Shown: positions 28,606 to 38,387, counted from the first letter of the stretch. The stretch: 64,000 nucleotides of DNA from Candidatus Doudnabacteria bacterium (GCA_028286905.1 JAQBQP010000003.1:23317-87316), one strand, 5' to 3'. A program made the numbers and translations. Notes: generated by a model not told the origin, from the sequence alone.

Positions 28606-30369
28606 CTAACTGTTTCTATTTCCGTGTAAAAGCATTTCTACGGCATGTTCCATTGAACCGGCAGGAGTAACTTCTCCACCGTTAATGAAGAATATTTCGT
28701 CAGCGTTTTCGATTGTGTTTAACCGATGCGCAATTATTACGCGAGTGGTTTCTTTCGGAAGTTTTTTAAGAATATCTTCGAGCAGTTGTTCGGTAACTGT
28801 ATCAATGTTTGCAGTAGCTTCATCAAGAATTAACAATTCAGGATTTCTTAACACCGCACGAATAAAGGCAATCAATTGTTTCTGACCTAAGCTCAGTGTT
28901 CCCCCGCTAGCAGAAACTTTTGTTTCTAGACCTTGGTCAAAAATGTTTAGCAATGTTTCTAAACCTGATTTTTTAATCACTTCTTCTAATTCTGGGATTG
29001 AATAATCTTTGTATTCAGGATTGCCGTAAAGAATATTGTCTCGAATTGTTCCGGTAAACATAAAAGGCTCTTGTAAAATAAACCCGATTTTTTTGGTACG
29101 CGCTGCCGGATCATAAGAACGGATATCTTTGCCATCCAAAAAAACAGTTCCTTCAGTTGGATCATACAAACGCGCCATCAAAGAAGCCGTAGTAGTTTTA
29201 CCGCCGCCAGTTGGACCAACCAAAGCGTAAGTTTTGCCGCGCTCCAATTCAAAGTTCACATTATGCAGAACAGTTTTGCCATCTGGATAACCGAAATTAA
29301 CGTTTTTAAAAGTTAAAAGCTTACTGTTCGGAGCTGATTCGTTTGATGGAACTGTTACTAAGTCAGATTGCAGATCGATAATATCGTGAATACGATCCCA
29401 GCCTGCTAACGCTGTTTGGAAATCCGACCAAATCGTTGCCATCTGTCTTAACGGGTTGTAAAGAATAATTACATAAGTTAAGAAGCTAATCAGCGCGCCG
29501 ATAGAAATTAAATGATGCGTAATCAAATATAATCCGTAGGCAATAATAATTAACTGAGCGATGCTTGAAGCAAAGCTGTAGGTGGGAGTTAAGGTATTGT
29601 TTGCAATTCCTGCGGAAACTGCAGAATCATAATTTACTTTATTAACTTCGGCGAATTTTTCTCTGAAATAATCCCGACGATTAAATGCTACCACTACTTT
29701 AAAATTTTCTAAATTTTCTTGAATCCCGGCACTCATTCCGCCAGTGCTTTTTAAATTGATTGCATTCTTTCTTTTAATCCAGCCTGAGAGAATCACAGTA
29801 ATAACTAGCAGAATGGCTGCAGGTGCAAGCATTGCCAAACCTAAGCGCCAATTAATTACCAGCACAAAAACGGCGGCGCCCACAATACTGATAATCCCGC
29901 TAACAAATTGGATTAAGCTTCGAGCAAAGAATTGGTTTAATTTATCAGTGTCATTGTTTATACGAGAAATTAAATCTCCAGCTTTATTTTGGTTAAAGAA
30001 CGCCACTGGCAACTCTTGCAGCTTATTAAATATTTCATTTCGCAGTTTAAACAATAGGTTTTGACCGATTGTACCCATCACTAAAGTTTGGAAATAATTC
30101 GCAATTGCAGCGCCGATGTATAAAGCTAACAAGTAACCTGAAAAAACTAAAACACCGTGGAAATTTCCAGTTTGAATATATTTATCGATTACTCTTGCAA
30201 CCAACAATGGCGCAACTAAAGTAAATCCGGCATTTACTAGTCCGGTGATTCCAGACAGAATCAATCTTTTTTTGTCATCTTTTAAAAGCGGGCCTAGTTT
30301 GCCAAGCGCCTCCATAAGACCAGCTTCTTTTTGTTCGCCGTGCGGCTTATTTAAGGTGTAATTATTCAT
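28606..30369 (-). CDS. ABC exporter, fused permease + ATPase (heterodimer partner 2).
   Basis: 6-TM N-domain; Walker A GPTGGGKTT, signature LSLGQKQ, Walker B ILDEAT. Confidence 0.9.
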   Translation of the reverse strand: MNNYTLNKPHGEQKEAGLMEALGKLGPLLKDDKKRLILSGITGLVNAGFTLVAPLLVARVIDKYIQTGNFHGVLVFSGYLLALYIGAAIANYFQTLVMGTIGQNLLFKLRNEIFNKLQELPVAFFNQNKAGDLISRINNDTDKLNQFFARSLIQFVSGIISIVGAAVFVLVINWRLGLAMLAPAAILLVITVILSGWIKRKNAINLKSTGGMSAGIQENLENFKVVVAFNRRDYFREKFAEVNKVNYDSAVSAGIANNTLTPTYSFASSIAQLIIIAYGLYLITHHLISIGALISFLTYVIILYNPLRQMATIWSDFQTALAGWDRIHDIIDLQSDLVTVPSNESAPNSKLLTFKNVNFGYPDGKTVLHNVNFELERGKTYALVGPTGGGKTTTASLMARLYDPTEGTVFLDGKDIRSYDPAARTKKIGFILQEPFMFTGTIRDNILYGNPEYKDYSIPELEEVIKKSGLETLLNIFDQGLETKVSASGGTLSLGQKQLIAFIRAVLRNPELLILDEATANIDTVTEQLLEDILKKLPKETTRVIIAHRLNTIENADEIFFINGGEVTPAGSMEHAVEMLLHGNRNS

Positions 30370-32134
30370 AGTGGTTCGTGCTTCGCTGTGAATTATAAAT
30401 TTGAACGTATTCTGGTGAGGTCTGCATTAATTGTTGATGGGTACCTGCGGCCAATACTTCCCCTTCCATCAACAAAATAACTTGATCATATTGTTCAATC
30501 GAAGAAATCTTCTGAGTCACTGAAATTAAGGTAATACCGGGATAATTTCTTGCGACATTCGCCAAAATCTTTTGCTCAGTCTTGTTATCGACTCGGGCAG
30601 TAAAATCATCCAACAAAAGAACTTTTGGATTAAGTGCCAGCGCTCTAGCAAGCATTATTCTTTGCTTCTGTCCGCCAGAAAGGCTGGTGCCTCTTTCCGA
30701 AACGATTGTTTCCAACCGCTCTGGAAGACTGTCAATAAAATCATGCAGCTCTGCGGTATCAATCGCCTTTTGCATTGCTTGGTCAGTAACTTTAGTATTG
30801 AAAGCGATGTTTTCTCTTAAGGTTAAATTAAAAATGATGCTGTCTTGAAAAACAAAACCGACCTGATTATGCAATGCTTCTTTTTGATACTTTTCAATAT
30901 TAATCGAATCATATTCAATCTCGCCGCTAGTTGGTTTAATTAAGCCAGTTAACAAGTACAGCAGCTGAGTTTTTCCAGCAGCCGTTGGGCCGATAATTGC
31001 TGTTTTTGTTCCGGCAGCCACGGTAAACGAAACATCCTTAAGTGCTTTCTTCTCTGCAAATGCTAAAGTAATATTTTTAACTGAGACCTCGCCTTTCAAA
31101 TGATCTTTAACCAAACCATCCTCTGCTGGTTCCGGAGCATCTAAAACCGCGCCGATTCTGCTATAAGATGCGGTTGCCTGAGCAATAACGTTGCTCATAA
31201 TTCCAATCACTAAAATCGGAAAAATCATCAAAGAAAGATAGGTGTTGAAGGCGGTAAAGTCTCCCAAGGTCATACTTCTTGCAATAACAAAGTGTCCACC
31301 AAGTAAGACAATAATTAAAGTGGCCATATTCACAAGAAATGTAATGGCAGGAATTAATCCGGCAAACATTCTTAAAATACTAAAACCAACATTGCGCGCT
31401 TGGGTATTTGCAGAAACAAATTTATCAAATTCCGGTTGTTGGGAATTTAGGACTCTTATCAAAGCCGAGCCTAAAATACTTTCATTAATAACTTTATTTA
31501 AACGATCAATTACTTCGCGCGAATTAATCATGAAGGTTCGAACTTTTTGAAGAACAATAAAAAATACCGCGCCAATCATTGGCACCACTGCGATAACCGC
31601 AAGCGCCAATTTCCAATTTATGCTCAAAAGCAAAATTGAAGCGCCAATTACTACAATAATCGAAGATACGATCGAAACGATCGCTTGGGCCACAAAAGTC
31701 TTAACTGAATCAATATCCGAAGTTAAGTTGGTAAGAATTTTACCTGGAGAAATTTCTTCAATGAAGGCAAAGCTTTGGCGAGAGATTTTTGCTGCCAAAT
31801 TTTCACGCATATCCTTAGCAACTTTTTCAGAAACAAATGTTTGCATGATGCTTTGAAAATAGGTAAAAGCAAAAATTACGAAGGCTACTCCGCCAAATTG
31901 CCAGATAAAAGTATTTACGTGGAAAGCGCCTTTAACATAGTGGTCGATTGAGTGTGAAATAATTTTAGGCAGAACCAGTCCCGCTGCGCTGCTGACCACT
32001 GCAAAAAAAGCCAAAATTGAAATTAGCTTAGTGTAAGGTTTTAAAACACTTATTAGGGTTGATTGCGGTTTATCCGGCTTATTTTCTTGCTTGTTTTTTT
32101 CCTTATTGAAGTTTTTTTGATTCGGTTTAGACAT
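30362..32134 (-). CDS. ABC exporter, fused permease + ATPase (heterodimer partner 1).
   Basis: Walker A GPTAAGKT, signature LSGGQKQR, Walker B LLLDDFT; overlaps partner by 8 nt. Confidence 0.9.
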   Translation of the reverse strand: MSKPNQKNFNKEKNKQENKPDKPQSTLISVLKPYTKLISILAFFAVVSSAAGLVLPKIISHSIDHYVKGAFHVNTFIWQFGGVAFVIFAFTYFQSIMQTFVSEKVAKDMRENLAAKISRQSFAFIEEISPGKILTNLTSDIDSVKTFVAQAIVSIVSSIIVVIGASILLLSINWKLALAVIAVVPMIGAVFFIVLQKVRTFMINSREVIDRLNKVINESILGSALIRVLNSQQPEFDKFVSANTQARNVGFSILRMFAGLIPAITFLVNMATLIIVLLGGHFVIARSMTLGDFTAFNTYLSLMIFPILVIGIMSNVIAQATASYSRIGAVLDAPEPAEDGLVKDHLKGEVSVKNITLAFAEKKALKDVSFTVAAGTKTAIIGPTAAGKTQLLYLLTGLIKPTSGEIEYDSINIEKYQKEALHNQVGFVFQDSIIFNLTLRENIAFNTKVTDQAMQKAIDTAELHDFIDSLPERLETIVSERGTSLSGGQKQRIMLARALALNPKVLLLDDFTARVDNKTEQKILANVARNYPGITLISVTQKISSIEQYDQVILLMEGEVLAAGTHQQLMQTSPEYVQIYNSQRSTNHYE

Positions 32135-32554
32135 CTATTTTAAATTTTCTATAATTTTAAGTTGTAGTTTTCGAAGTTGTTCCAACTCCGCATCGGTCAA
32201 AGATGAAAAGATCTTAACAAGCGATTCCATTCGTTTTTTCTTTGCTTGGTTTAAAATGGTCTTGCCTTTGGCGGTCAAAGAAACAACTACTTTTCTACGA
32301 TCAATTTTATCCTCTTCACGTTTAAGCATTCTATCTTTTACCAACCCATCTACTAACTGAGCGGCAGCGCTGGCCGTAATAGTGAAGCATTCAGCAAGTT
32401 CTTTGATGCTTTTATTGCCATCAGAAATGATCATCAGTAAAGACAACTGCGCCCTGGTAAGCGGCGCTTTGCCGGCATGGTCCCCTTTGAACATTAGCTT
32501 GCGCATTGAACCCATGCTTATTAATATTTCAGCGGTGATCTTATTTCGATCCAT
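32135..32554 (-). CDS. MarR-family transcriptional regulator, first gene of the ABC exporter operon.
   Basis: Winged-helix core (LTRAQLSLL...ELAE...TASAAAQLVDGLVKDRML.R..D..DRR). Confidence 0.85.
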   Translation of the reverse strand: MDRNKITAEILISMGSMRKLMFKGDHAGKAPLTRAQLSLLMIISDGNKSIKELAECFTITASAAAQLVDGLVKDRMLKREEDKIDRRKVVVSLTAKGKTILNQAKKKRMESLVKIFSSLTDAELEQLRKLQLKIIENLK

Positions 32555-32587
32555 AGGCTTTTTCGATTAAATCAAATTACATTAGTT

Positions 32588-32628
32588 ACTTCACTATATA
32601 GTAGCTAATGTAATTTGTCAATAATAAA
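32588..32628. promoter_or_regulatory. Imperfect inverted repeat (aattacattagttac N11 gtagctaatgtaatt) 34-74 bp upstream of the MarR gene; candidate MarR operator.
   Basis: 15-bp arms with 1 mismatch, seen directly in the sequence. Confidence 0.5.
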
Positions 32629-32713
32629 AGACTGGGCGCAGCATCAAGAATCACGCCACTCAGTTTACCAAGGGTACTTTTTGCCTTTATGAAACTGTTT
32701 TCATAAAAATAAT

Positions 32714-33043
32714 TTAATCGTTTTCCAAAACCAACATCGGATAAATATCAATTACAACTTCTTCATACGGATGCACGGCTTTGATCGCTTTTATAAGACC
32801 CTCAACTTGATCACGTTCACAAGCGACTTCAACTCGTTCTTCAGCGACTGCTTCTAATTTACCCACTTCCCCAATTGCAGGATCAGCGCCTTGTTCCGGC
32901 TTGAATCGTCCGATTCCCTTAGTTGAGAAACTACAAAAAGTATAATTTCCTATTTTGCCGGCCCCGGCTTCGCCAATGCTTTGACGCAAAACATCGGCAT
33001 GAGTTTCTGGAACAAACACTACAATTTTTACAAATTCTTTCAT
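32714..33043 (-). CDS. Small protein resembling the conserved C-terminal module of NIF3/YbgI (CutA/PII-like fold).
   Basis: GAGKIGNY..CSF and HPYEE motifs. Confidence 0.35.
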   Translation of the reverse strand: MKEFVKIVVFVPETHADVLRQSIGEAGAGKIGNYTFCSFSTKGIGRFKPEQGADPAIGEVGKLEAVAEERVEVACERDQVEGLIKAIKAVHPYEEVVIDIYPMLVLEND

Positions 33044-33117
33044 AAAATGATTATAACAAAAAATACAAATCTCGGTAGAGCATAAATGCCGGATTTGTAT
33101 TTTCTGTTATTGTTCAA

Positions 33118-33579
33118 TTATTTTACTGAGTCAGCTGCATCTGTTGGATCAACAGCGCCGAGGTGACCGTGACCATGGCCACCTGCTTCGGTAGCGGTAA
33201 CGTTAAAGTTTCCATCCAACTTTACGGTTACTTCTGACCCGTCAGACTTAGTCATGTGCACTTCATAAGTAGCACCTTCTGCGTCGTTCTCAGCTCGATC
33301 GATGGTAGCGCCTGGAACAGCGGCTAGTGCAGCGGCGTTAGCTTTAGCTGCAACATCCCCTGTTAACAAGGTTTCCTTAACTCCATTCTGGCCGATATGT
33401 CCGCCCTTGGTGCGGTCGAACTGTCGGGCCGGAGAAGTGTTTGGGCTTGCGGTGGTCATGGCTGGGGTTGTTGTAGTGGTATCTGTAGCGGCATGTGTTT
33501 GAAATCCGATAGATACCATGGTCCCTGCCATTAGACCAACGCCTGTAAGCAATACTGCGGTCTTTTTTGATATATTCAA
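33118..33579 (-). CDS. Secreted PepSY-like domain protein with a C-terminal His-rich tract (GGHGHGHLG).
   Basis: Signal/TM anchor; PepSY-like YEVHMTKSDGSEVTVKLD motif; HGHGH cluster. Confidence 0.45.
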   Translation of the reverse strand: MNISKKTAVLLTGVGLMAGTMVSIGFQTHAATDTTTTTPAMTTASPNTSPARQFDRTKGGHIGQNGVKETLLTGDVAAKANAAALAAVPGATIDRAENDAEGATYEVHMTKSDGSEVTVKLDGNFNVTATEAGGHGHGHLGAVDPTDAADSVK

Positions 33580-33752
33580 TAATTTACTCTCCTTATAATT
33601 ATTAATAATATTTCCTTCGGACTCGACCTATTGCCTCGAAGTAATATCATCATAAGATTTGCCAATGAAGTGAAGATGAAGGAATAGATTTTGTTGTGGA
33701 TATTCTTTTTTCGCTCTAATCTGGCATTTGCTTATTCTGCGGGGTGTTTGTT

Positions 33753-35279
33753 TTATACCAATCCAGGGAAAAAATCAGTTTTAATGTTTTTGTACGAAAC
33801 CCCTATTTGAGAAAGTTCTTCCTTGATGGCGCTAACCATTTGATGCGATCCAGAAATATAAAATTTTCGTTCTTTAAAATCTGGAATCTCTTTACTAATC
33901 ATTGCAGCGTTTATAAAACCACGGGACCCACGCCATTCTTCTGGAATTCGATCCAGATCAGTAAGCGTATAGATCGTACTAAAACCTAACTGCTGATAAG
34001 CCTGATTAAACAATTCCCAATACGCTACTTCTTCAATCCTACGATTTGAATAAAGCATTTTAAGATCGCGCTTTTCGTTCTTGTCGACTAAATACTTAAT
34101 CATGCTTCGGAATGGCGTCACGCCAATACCACCGGCGATAAAAGCTAATTTATCTTCCTTGTTATTAGGCAAAGTAAATTCCCCTGCCAACTGGCCTGCG
34201 GTAATGACATCGCCTGGTTTTAAATTTAACATTTCTTTTTTAAAACTGCTGGAGTTTTCGTAAAATTTTACACCTAAGAGAACCTCTGATTCTGTCGGTG
34301 AAGAAGCAAGCGTAAAATATCTGCGATTGCCACGACTATCCGGCTTATTGTGTCCTAAGGTCCATTCCATATATTGACCGGCTTTGAACTTAAACTTTTT
34401 TTCAGTTTCCATAACAAAATCAAAAACTCCGGTACTCGCCTCTCTAACCTCTTTAATCACAAAAACGTGGCGCCCCTTTGGGCTTACTAGGTATGCAAAA
34501 ACGTTTCCAACTAATAACGCTAGCTCTGGGCTAAAATAAGTTTGCCCAAAGTGCACTAACGGGCTAAACAACATTCCAACTAAAACTCCATAAGCAATTC
34601 TGCCATCGCGATTGGGCGGCATCGTTAAAGGTTCAGTAAGCATTACAAAAACAAAAAATAACAGCGGTGAGCTACTAAAAGCTTTGAGCAACGAAGTAAC
34701 TATATGGCCATTTACGGAACCAATTGTTATTGTCGTTAAAATTACCGCGATTAAAAAAGCGACTGCCAAATCAAACTGGCGCAGTTTTCTTAGCATTAAA
34801 ATTCCACCAATTAAAACAAATGGCAACAGTGACGCCGTGCCAACCCACCAACTAGCAGAAGCGCCGATTGCTATTCCGGTAACCGCAACAGCTAAAGCCG
34901 CAGGATTAAAAATATGTTTTTTGCCAATATTTATTAAAAACTTTGATGCCATTGCGACAATACCAGCCAAAAAATAAAAAGGTAACACCGACAAATATTG
35001 CCCGCTTTCCGGCGGACTTATAATTAACGCCAAAATCAAAGCTGTAATAAGGGATGATTCAATGTTAATCGAAACTTTAAACAAGCTTCCTAAAACTTTA
35101 TTTGAAATCCAGCAAATTACAACCAAGATCAAACTGGAATAAATAATTGCAATTGGGGCGTAGGGCAAAATTGCTAAAGCGCTAAGTGCAACCGCCGCTA
35201 ACAATAAGCCAATTAAATAATAAAGTACCAGCCGGTACATTGTTATTCGATCAATAATTTTATCAATTAGTTTAAACAT
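33753..35279 (-). CDS. Polytopic membrane protein fused to a C-terminal ferredoxin-NADP-reductase-like FAD/NAD(P)-binding module. Start adjusted from 35351 to the MFKLIDKII Met at 35279.
   Basis: ~8 TM helices; RRYFTLAS (RxYS FAD site); GGIGVTPF (NAD(P) GxGxxP). Confidence 0.65.
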   Translation of the reverse strand: MFKLIDKIIDRITMYRLVLYYLIGLLLAAVALSALAILPYAPIAIIYSSLILVVICWISNKVLGSLFKVSINIESSLITALILALIISPPESGQYLSVLPFYFLAGIVAMASKFLINIGKKHIFNPAALAVAVTGIAIGASASWWVGTASLLPFVLIGGILMLRKLRQFDLAVAFLIAVILTTITIGSVNGHIVTSLLKAFSSSPLLFFVFVMLTEPLTMPPNRDGRIAYGVLVGMLFSPLVHFGQTYFSPELALLVGNVFAYLVSPKGRHVFVIKEVREASTGVFDFVMETEKKFKFKAGQYMEWTLGHNKPDSRGNRRYFTLASSPTESEVLLGVKFYENSSSFKKEMLNLKPGDVITAGQLAGEFTLPNNKEDKLAFIAGGIGVTPFRSMIKYLVDKNEKRDLKMLYSNRRIEEVAYWELFNQAYQQLGFSTIYTLTDLDRIPEEWRGSRGFINAAMISKEIPDFKERKFYISGSHQMVSAIKEELSQIGVSYKNIKTDFFPGLV

Positions 35280-36018
35280 AATATTTTTTGAAACCAGTGG
35301 TCTCAGTAGCAATCCGATCTTTATTAATTTGATAACCTTCAAGTCCAGCAATCTTTTCTATAAAATAAATTCCATCATTGCCCATTGCAAATGCTGCGGT
35401 CGCAAACCGATCTGCTTCATAAACATTTGGGCCTATTACCGTAATACTAACGACTTCGTTTAGTTTAACGTCTGAATCTTTTGGATTATAAATATGCGCT
35501 CCCCTAGTGTACGAACCTGAAGTTGCTAAGCCTTGATTATGCAACTGCAATACTTTCACGATTTCCTTTTTATCAAAAGGGTTTTGAATGCCAACCTGCC
35601 AGGCTTCCGCTTTTCTATTCGGACGCTGAACCTGAATGTCTCCTCCAGCATCAATATAATAATTTTTCGAACCATGCGATTCCAAAAGTTTTGCTGCGTT
35701 CAAGATTGCCCAGCCTTTAACTAATCCAGAGGGATCTAGTTTGTGATCTGGAGTATATACATCGAAATACCCTTCAGTTTGTTGCTTGGTTTGTTCCGAA
35801 AGCTCCAAGACTTCACGCATTTCTGCGCTATAATGTTCAACAGAAGTTTTTCCTTGGTTTATCAAGCTTACTTCACTAGTGTCTTTGTAGGTGCTAAATT
35901 TCTGATCAATAGAAATGAAATAATTAAATACTTTTTCAAGTAAACCAATGTCTGTTTGATCAAGCACCTCAATCGTAATCGGCATACCCATAATAATTCT
36001 AATGTCTTTCATTGGCAT
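35272..36018 (-). CDS. apbE: FAD:protein FMN transferase (ApbE family).
   Basis: ApbE family assigned by motif recall only; I could not reliably locate the canonical signature residues in the translation. Confidence 0.75.
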   Translation of the reverse strand: MPMKDIRIIMGMPITIEVLDQTDIGLLEKVFNYFISIDQKFSTYKDTSEVSLINQGKTSVEHYSAEMREVLELSEQTKQQTEGYFDVYTPDHKLDPSGLVKGWAILNAAKLLESHGSKNYYIDAGGDIQVQRPNRKAEAWQVGIQNPFDKKEIVKVLQLHNQGLATSGSYTRGAHIYNPKDSDVKLNEVVSITVIGPNVYEADRFATAAFAMGNDGIYFIEKIAGLEGYQINKDRIATETTGFKKYYV

Positions 36019-36503
36019 TAAACTTTTGCTCTGGCTAAAGCTGCTGCTAAAGATTCACGAAAAGCATTACTTGTATCAGTCGCTCTGGAAACAATGTTAA
36101 CGTTTGCACTCTGCGCGGAGATTGCTTCAGATTTTAAAAGCGGCATTGCTCTGCTGTTAATCTGAATTGACTCGCGTTGATCATTTGGGTATTGCAAAAA
36201 CTGTACATCAGTCAATTTTCCATTCTGAATAACTGCACTAACTTGAATGTTCCCATAATAAGCATCGGCAATTGAGCCGGTATAACTGCCATCTTTATAT
36301 TGGCCATTTTGGATTGCAACCTTAACAGCTGCTGCTGGCGTTGAGCTGGATGGGGTTAGAGGAACTGTTATAGGAATAGCGCTAGACGTCGTTGTAGATG
36401 CTGTAGACGAAGCGACAGAGCTAGACTTAACAAGCCCGCGCTGATAGAACAGATGCAGAATAAATAACACCACCATTGAACCGCTCAATAAATACTTTTT
36501 CAT
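36018..36503 (-). CDS. Membrane-anchored extracytoplasmic FMN-binding domain protein; predicted ApbE substrate.
   Basis: FMN_bind-like pattern DGSYTGS...GNIQVSAVIQNGKL...SANVNIVSRATDTS, with the flavinylation-site-like S(R)AT(D)T. Confidence 0.7.
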   Translation of the reverse strand: MKKYLLSGSMVVLFILHLFYQRGLVKSSSVASSTASTTTSSAIPITVPLTPSSSTPAAAVKVAIQNGQYKDGSYTGSIADAYYGNIQVSAVIQNGKLTDVQFLQYPNDQRESIQINSRAMPLLKSEAISAQSANVNIVSRATDTSNAFRESLAAALARAKV

Positions 36504-36656
36504 TCCTATATCCTTTTTAACAGTTTACTACATTTTAACATCCCAATCATTATACATTTTATTGATGAAGATTTCATGAAGCGACAAAAAGGAACATCAA
36601 TCGAAGATCAATGTTCCGTTTACTTTTGCCTGGCGACCGGATTGACCGCCAGTTGA

Positions 36657-37202
36657 TTAAGCACTTCCCTGCAACGAATTAGTATTATTTAAAATAGATT
36701 TCGCTTCCTCTTCTCGCGCAGTCCAACTTTCTGGTTTTAACGCTGCAAAGTTTGTTTTAATTATTTCTTGTAGTTCTGCTGGCATCGCTTTAGTAAAATT
36801 ACCAGAGTAGGTAAAGCGCAGTTTTTTCTGCCAATCAGCAGGCAGCAACCCTCGAATTTGGGGCATTACTTCTTGAGGTGCAAACAAATAAAACCAATCG
36901 AACTTATTATCTCGGGAAAGTTCTTCGACTTTAGTTTTAAATTGCACTGAGAAATCGTGCCGCTCACCGGTATCCTTCTTTTCATTATCGGACGAAGTTC
37001 CCAGCGCAGATATAGAATTGTCGCGACCCCGATAACCTTCGGCGTCTGTGTAAACAGTATGTTCGACATGCACTACCGGTTCCGGAGTTAATCGACCATC
37101 TTCAAATTTATACATCTTAGCAATATGCTCGCCGCTAACAATTATTAAAGAGGTTTCATCTTGCAAGGGTTCCTGGTAAGTATCGTTGTGGTATATTTCC
37201 AT
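36657..37202 (-). CDS. Hypothetical protein (181 aa).
   Basis: Complete ORF with its own terminator (36585-36618). Confidence 0.5.
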   Translation of the reverse strand: MEIYHNDTYQEPLQDETSLIIVSGEHIAKMYKFEDGRLTPEPVVHVEHTVYTDAEGYRGRDNSISALGTSSDNEKKDTGERHDFSVQFKTKVEELSRDNKFDWFYLFAPQEVMPQIRGLLPADWQKKLRFTYSGNFTKAMPAELQEIIKTNFAALKPESWTAREEEAKSILNNTNSLQGSA

Positions 37203-37272
37203 AAGGTTTTATTTTAATGCTTTCATTTATTGTATCGCGGCAACGAATTTAAGCTATAGGAAGATCTCACAA

Positions 37273-37315
37273 TAAAAAAACAGCACCCGCCGAATGCTTA
37301 TTGCACTCGGCGGGC
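37273..37315 (-). terminator. Terminator of the EEP island gene.
   Basis: cccgccga...tcggcggg stem followed by a T7 run on the minus strand. Confidence 0.65.
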
Positions 37316-37321
37316 GACGTC

Positions 37322-38263
37322 CTATTCGGACTCATAGTCGAGCAAGGCCATCATTGGATAATGGTCGCTCGGATAGATTCCCCCTTTGTTGTCTTTCACA
37401 AGTACGCTGTTCAGAACCTTGAAGCCACGAACGAAGATCCATTCGGTATCCCAGGTTCCCCAACCATCTCCCCGATAGTCCACTCCCTGGAAACCGTGGT
37501 AAGTCATCGGCCGGCGCAACGAAGTCAGCTGACCCAACACCCTCCCCTGATTTGGATCATAGGGATGAGCAGCAATCCAGGTGTCGGTAAATCCGGCCTT
37601 GACCATCATGTCGTAGGGCCGGCGCATATCTGGATCCCCCCAACTGCGTTTTTCGGGATCTGCCCAACGCTGGTGCGGCGAGCCAAGAGTGCCCTGAGGC
37701 GAGCCCACGCTGACATTGCTGTCAGCAGTGATAATCGTCGGCAAAGGCCGATTTGAGCGAAAATTTCCTTCAGCAAACTGCAAAATCAATCGCACGCCTT
37801 CAGCCCGAGCAACTATTCCTTTGTTGTCCAAGTGAGCGTTGATGTGCAGAAAGGTTCTTCTCATTGCCCGATCTAAAACAAGCACCCAACTAGCACCGTG
37901 CTCGACGACGCCATCCCAACCCTTCTTGTAGCTACCATCGTCGCTGAGCCAGAAAGTCCCCCGCTCAATCAGTTCGAAACGAACCGGGTCGAAAGCAATC
38001 GGATTGATGAAAATGTCACCGGCCTCTTCGCCGTAGTAGACATCCATCTCGGGATGACCTCGATGCAAACTGTTCCAGCTGTTACGCTGCTCAGGGTTTT
38101 CCGGATCTTTGCGACCAAATTCCTGGAAACCCACCAAACCGACCGGCATGTTGCCAAACACTTCGGTGGCAAGATCGGCTCGCTGCTTCCACCCCATCCA
38201 CGCCTGGCCAGCAACGTTGAACGTCGCCACCCAGAACAATGAACCATCCGGTTTGATAACCAA
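37322..38263 (-). CDS. Endonuclease/exonuclease/phosphatase (EEP) family protein on a high-GC island. Start chosen at the MVIKPDG Met at 38263 (a TTG start at 38271 and an ATG at 38230 are alternatives).
   Basis: EEP signatures (N-terminal Asn/Glu, HINAHLD, C-terminal SDHYPMMA); own terminator 37273-37315. Confidence 0.7.
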   Translation of the reverse strand: MVIKPDGSLFWVATFNVAGQAWMGWKQRADLATEVFGNMPVGLVGFQEFGRKDPENPEQRNSWNSLHRGHPEMDVYYGEEAGDIFINPIAFDPVRFELIERGTFWLSDDGSYKKGWDGVVEHGASWVLVLDRAMRRTFLHINAHLDNKGIVARAEGVRLILQFAEGNFRSNRPLPTIITADSNVSVGSPQGTLGSPHQRWADPEKRSWGDPDMRRPYDMMVKAGFTDTWIAAHPYDPNQGRVLGQLTSLRRPMTYHGFQGVDYRGDGWGTWDTEWIFVRGFKVLNSVLVKDNKGGIYPSDHYPMMALLDYESE

Positions 38264-38340
38264 TCTCGCACCCTTTGCTAAAGTGTGAACTGCCTATGCA
38301 GCGGCATAGGCGATTTATGATTATATCGAATTTTGAAAGA

Positions 38341-38387
38341 AAAGCAAAACAAGAGTCATCTAATCGTTACGATCAGATGACTCTTGT
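38341..38387 (-). terminator. Terminator of the pilin gene (12-bp stem caagagtcatct/agatgactcttg).
   Basis: Seen directly; T-rich tail on the minus strand. Confidence 0.65.
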
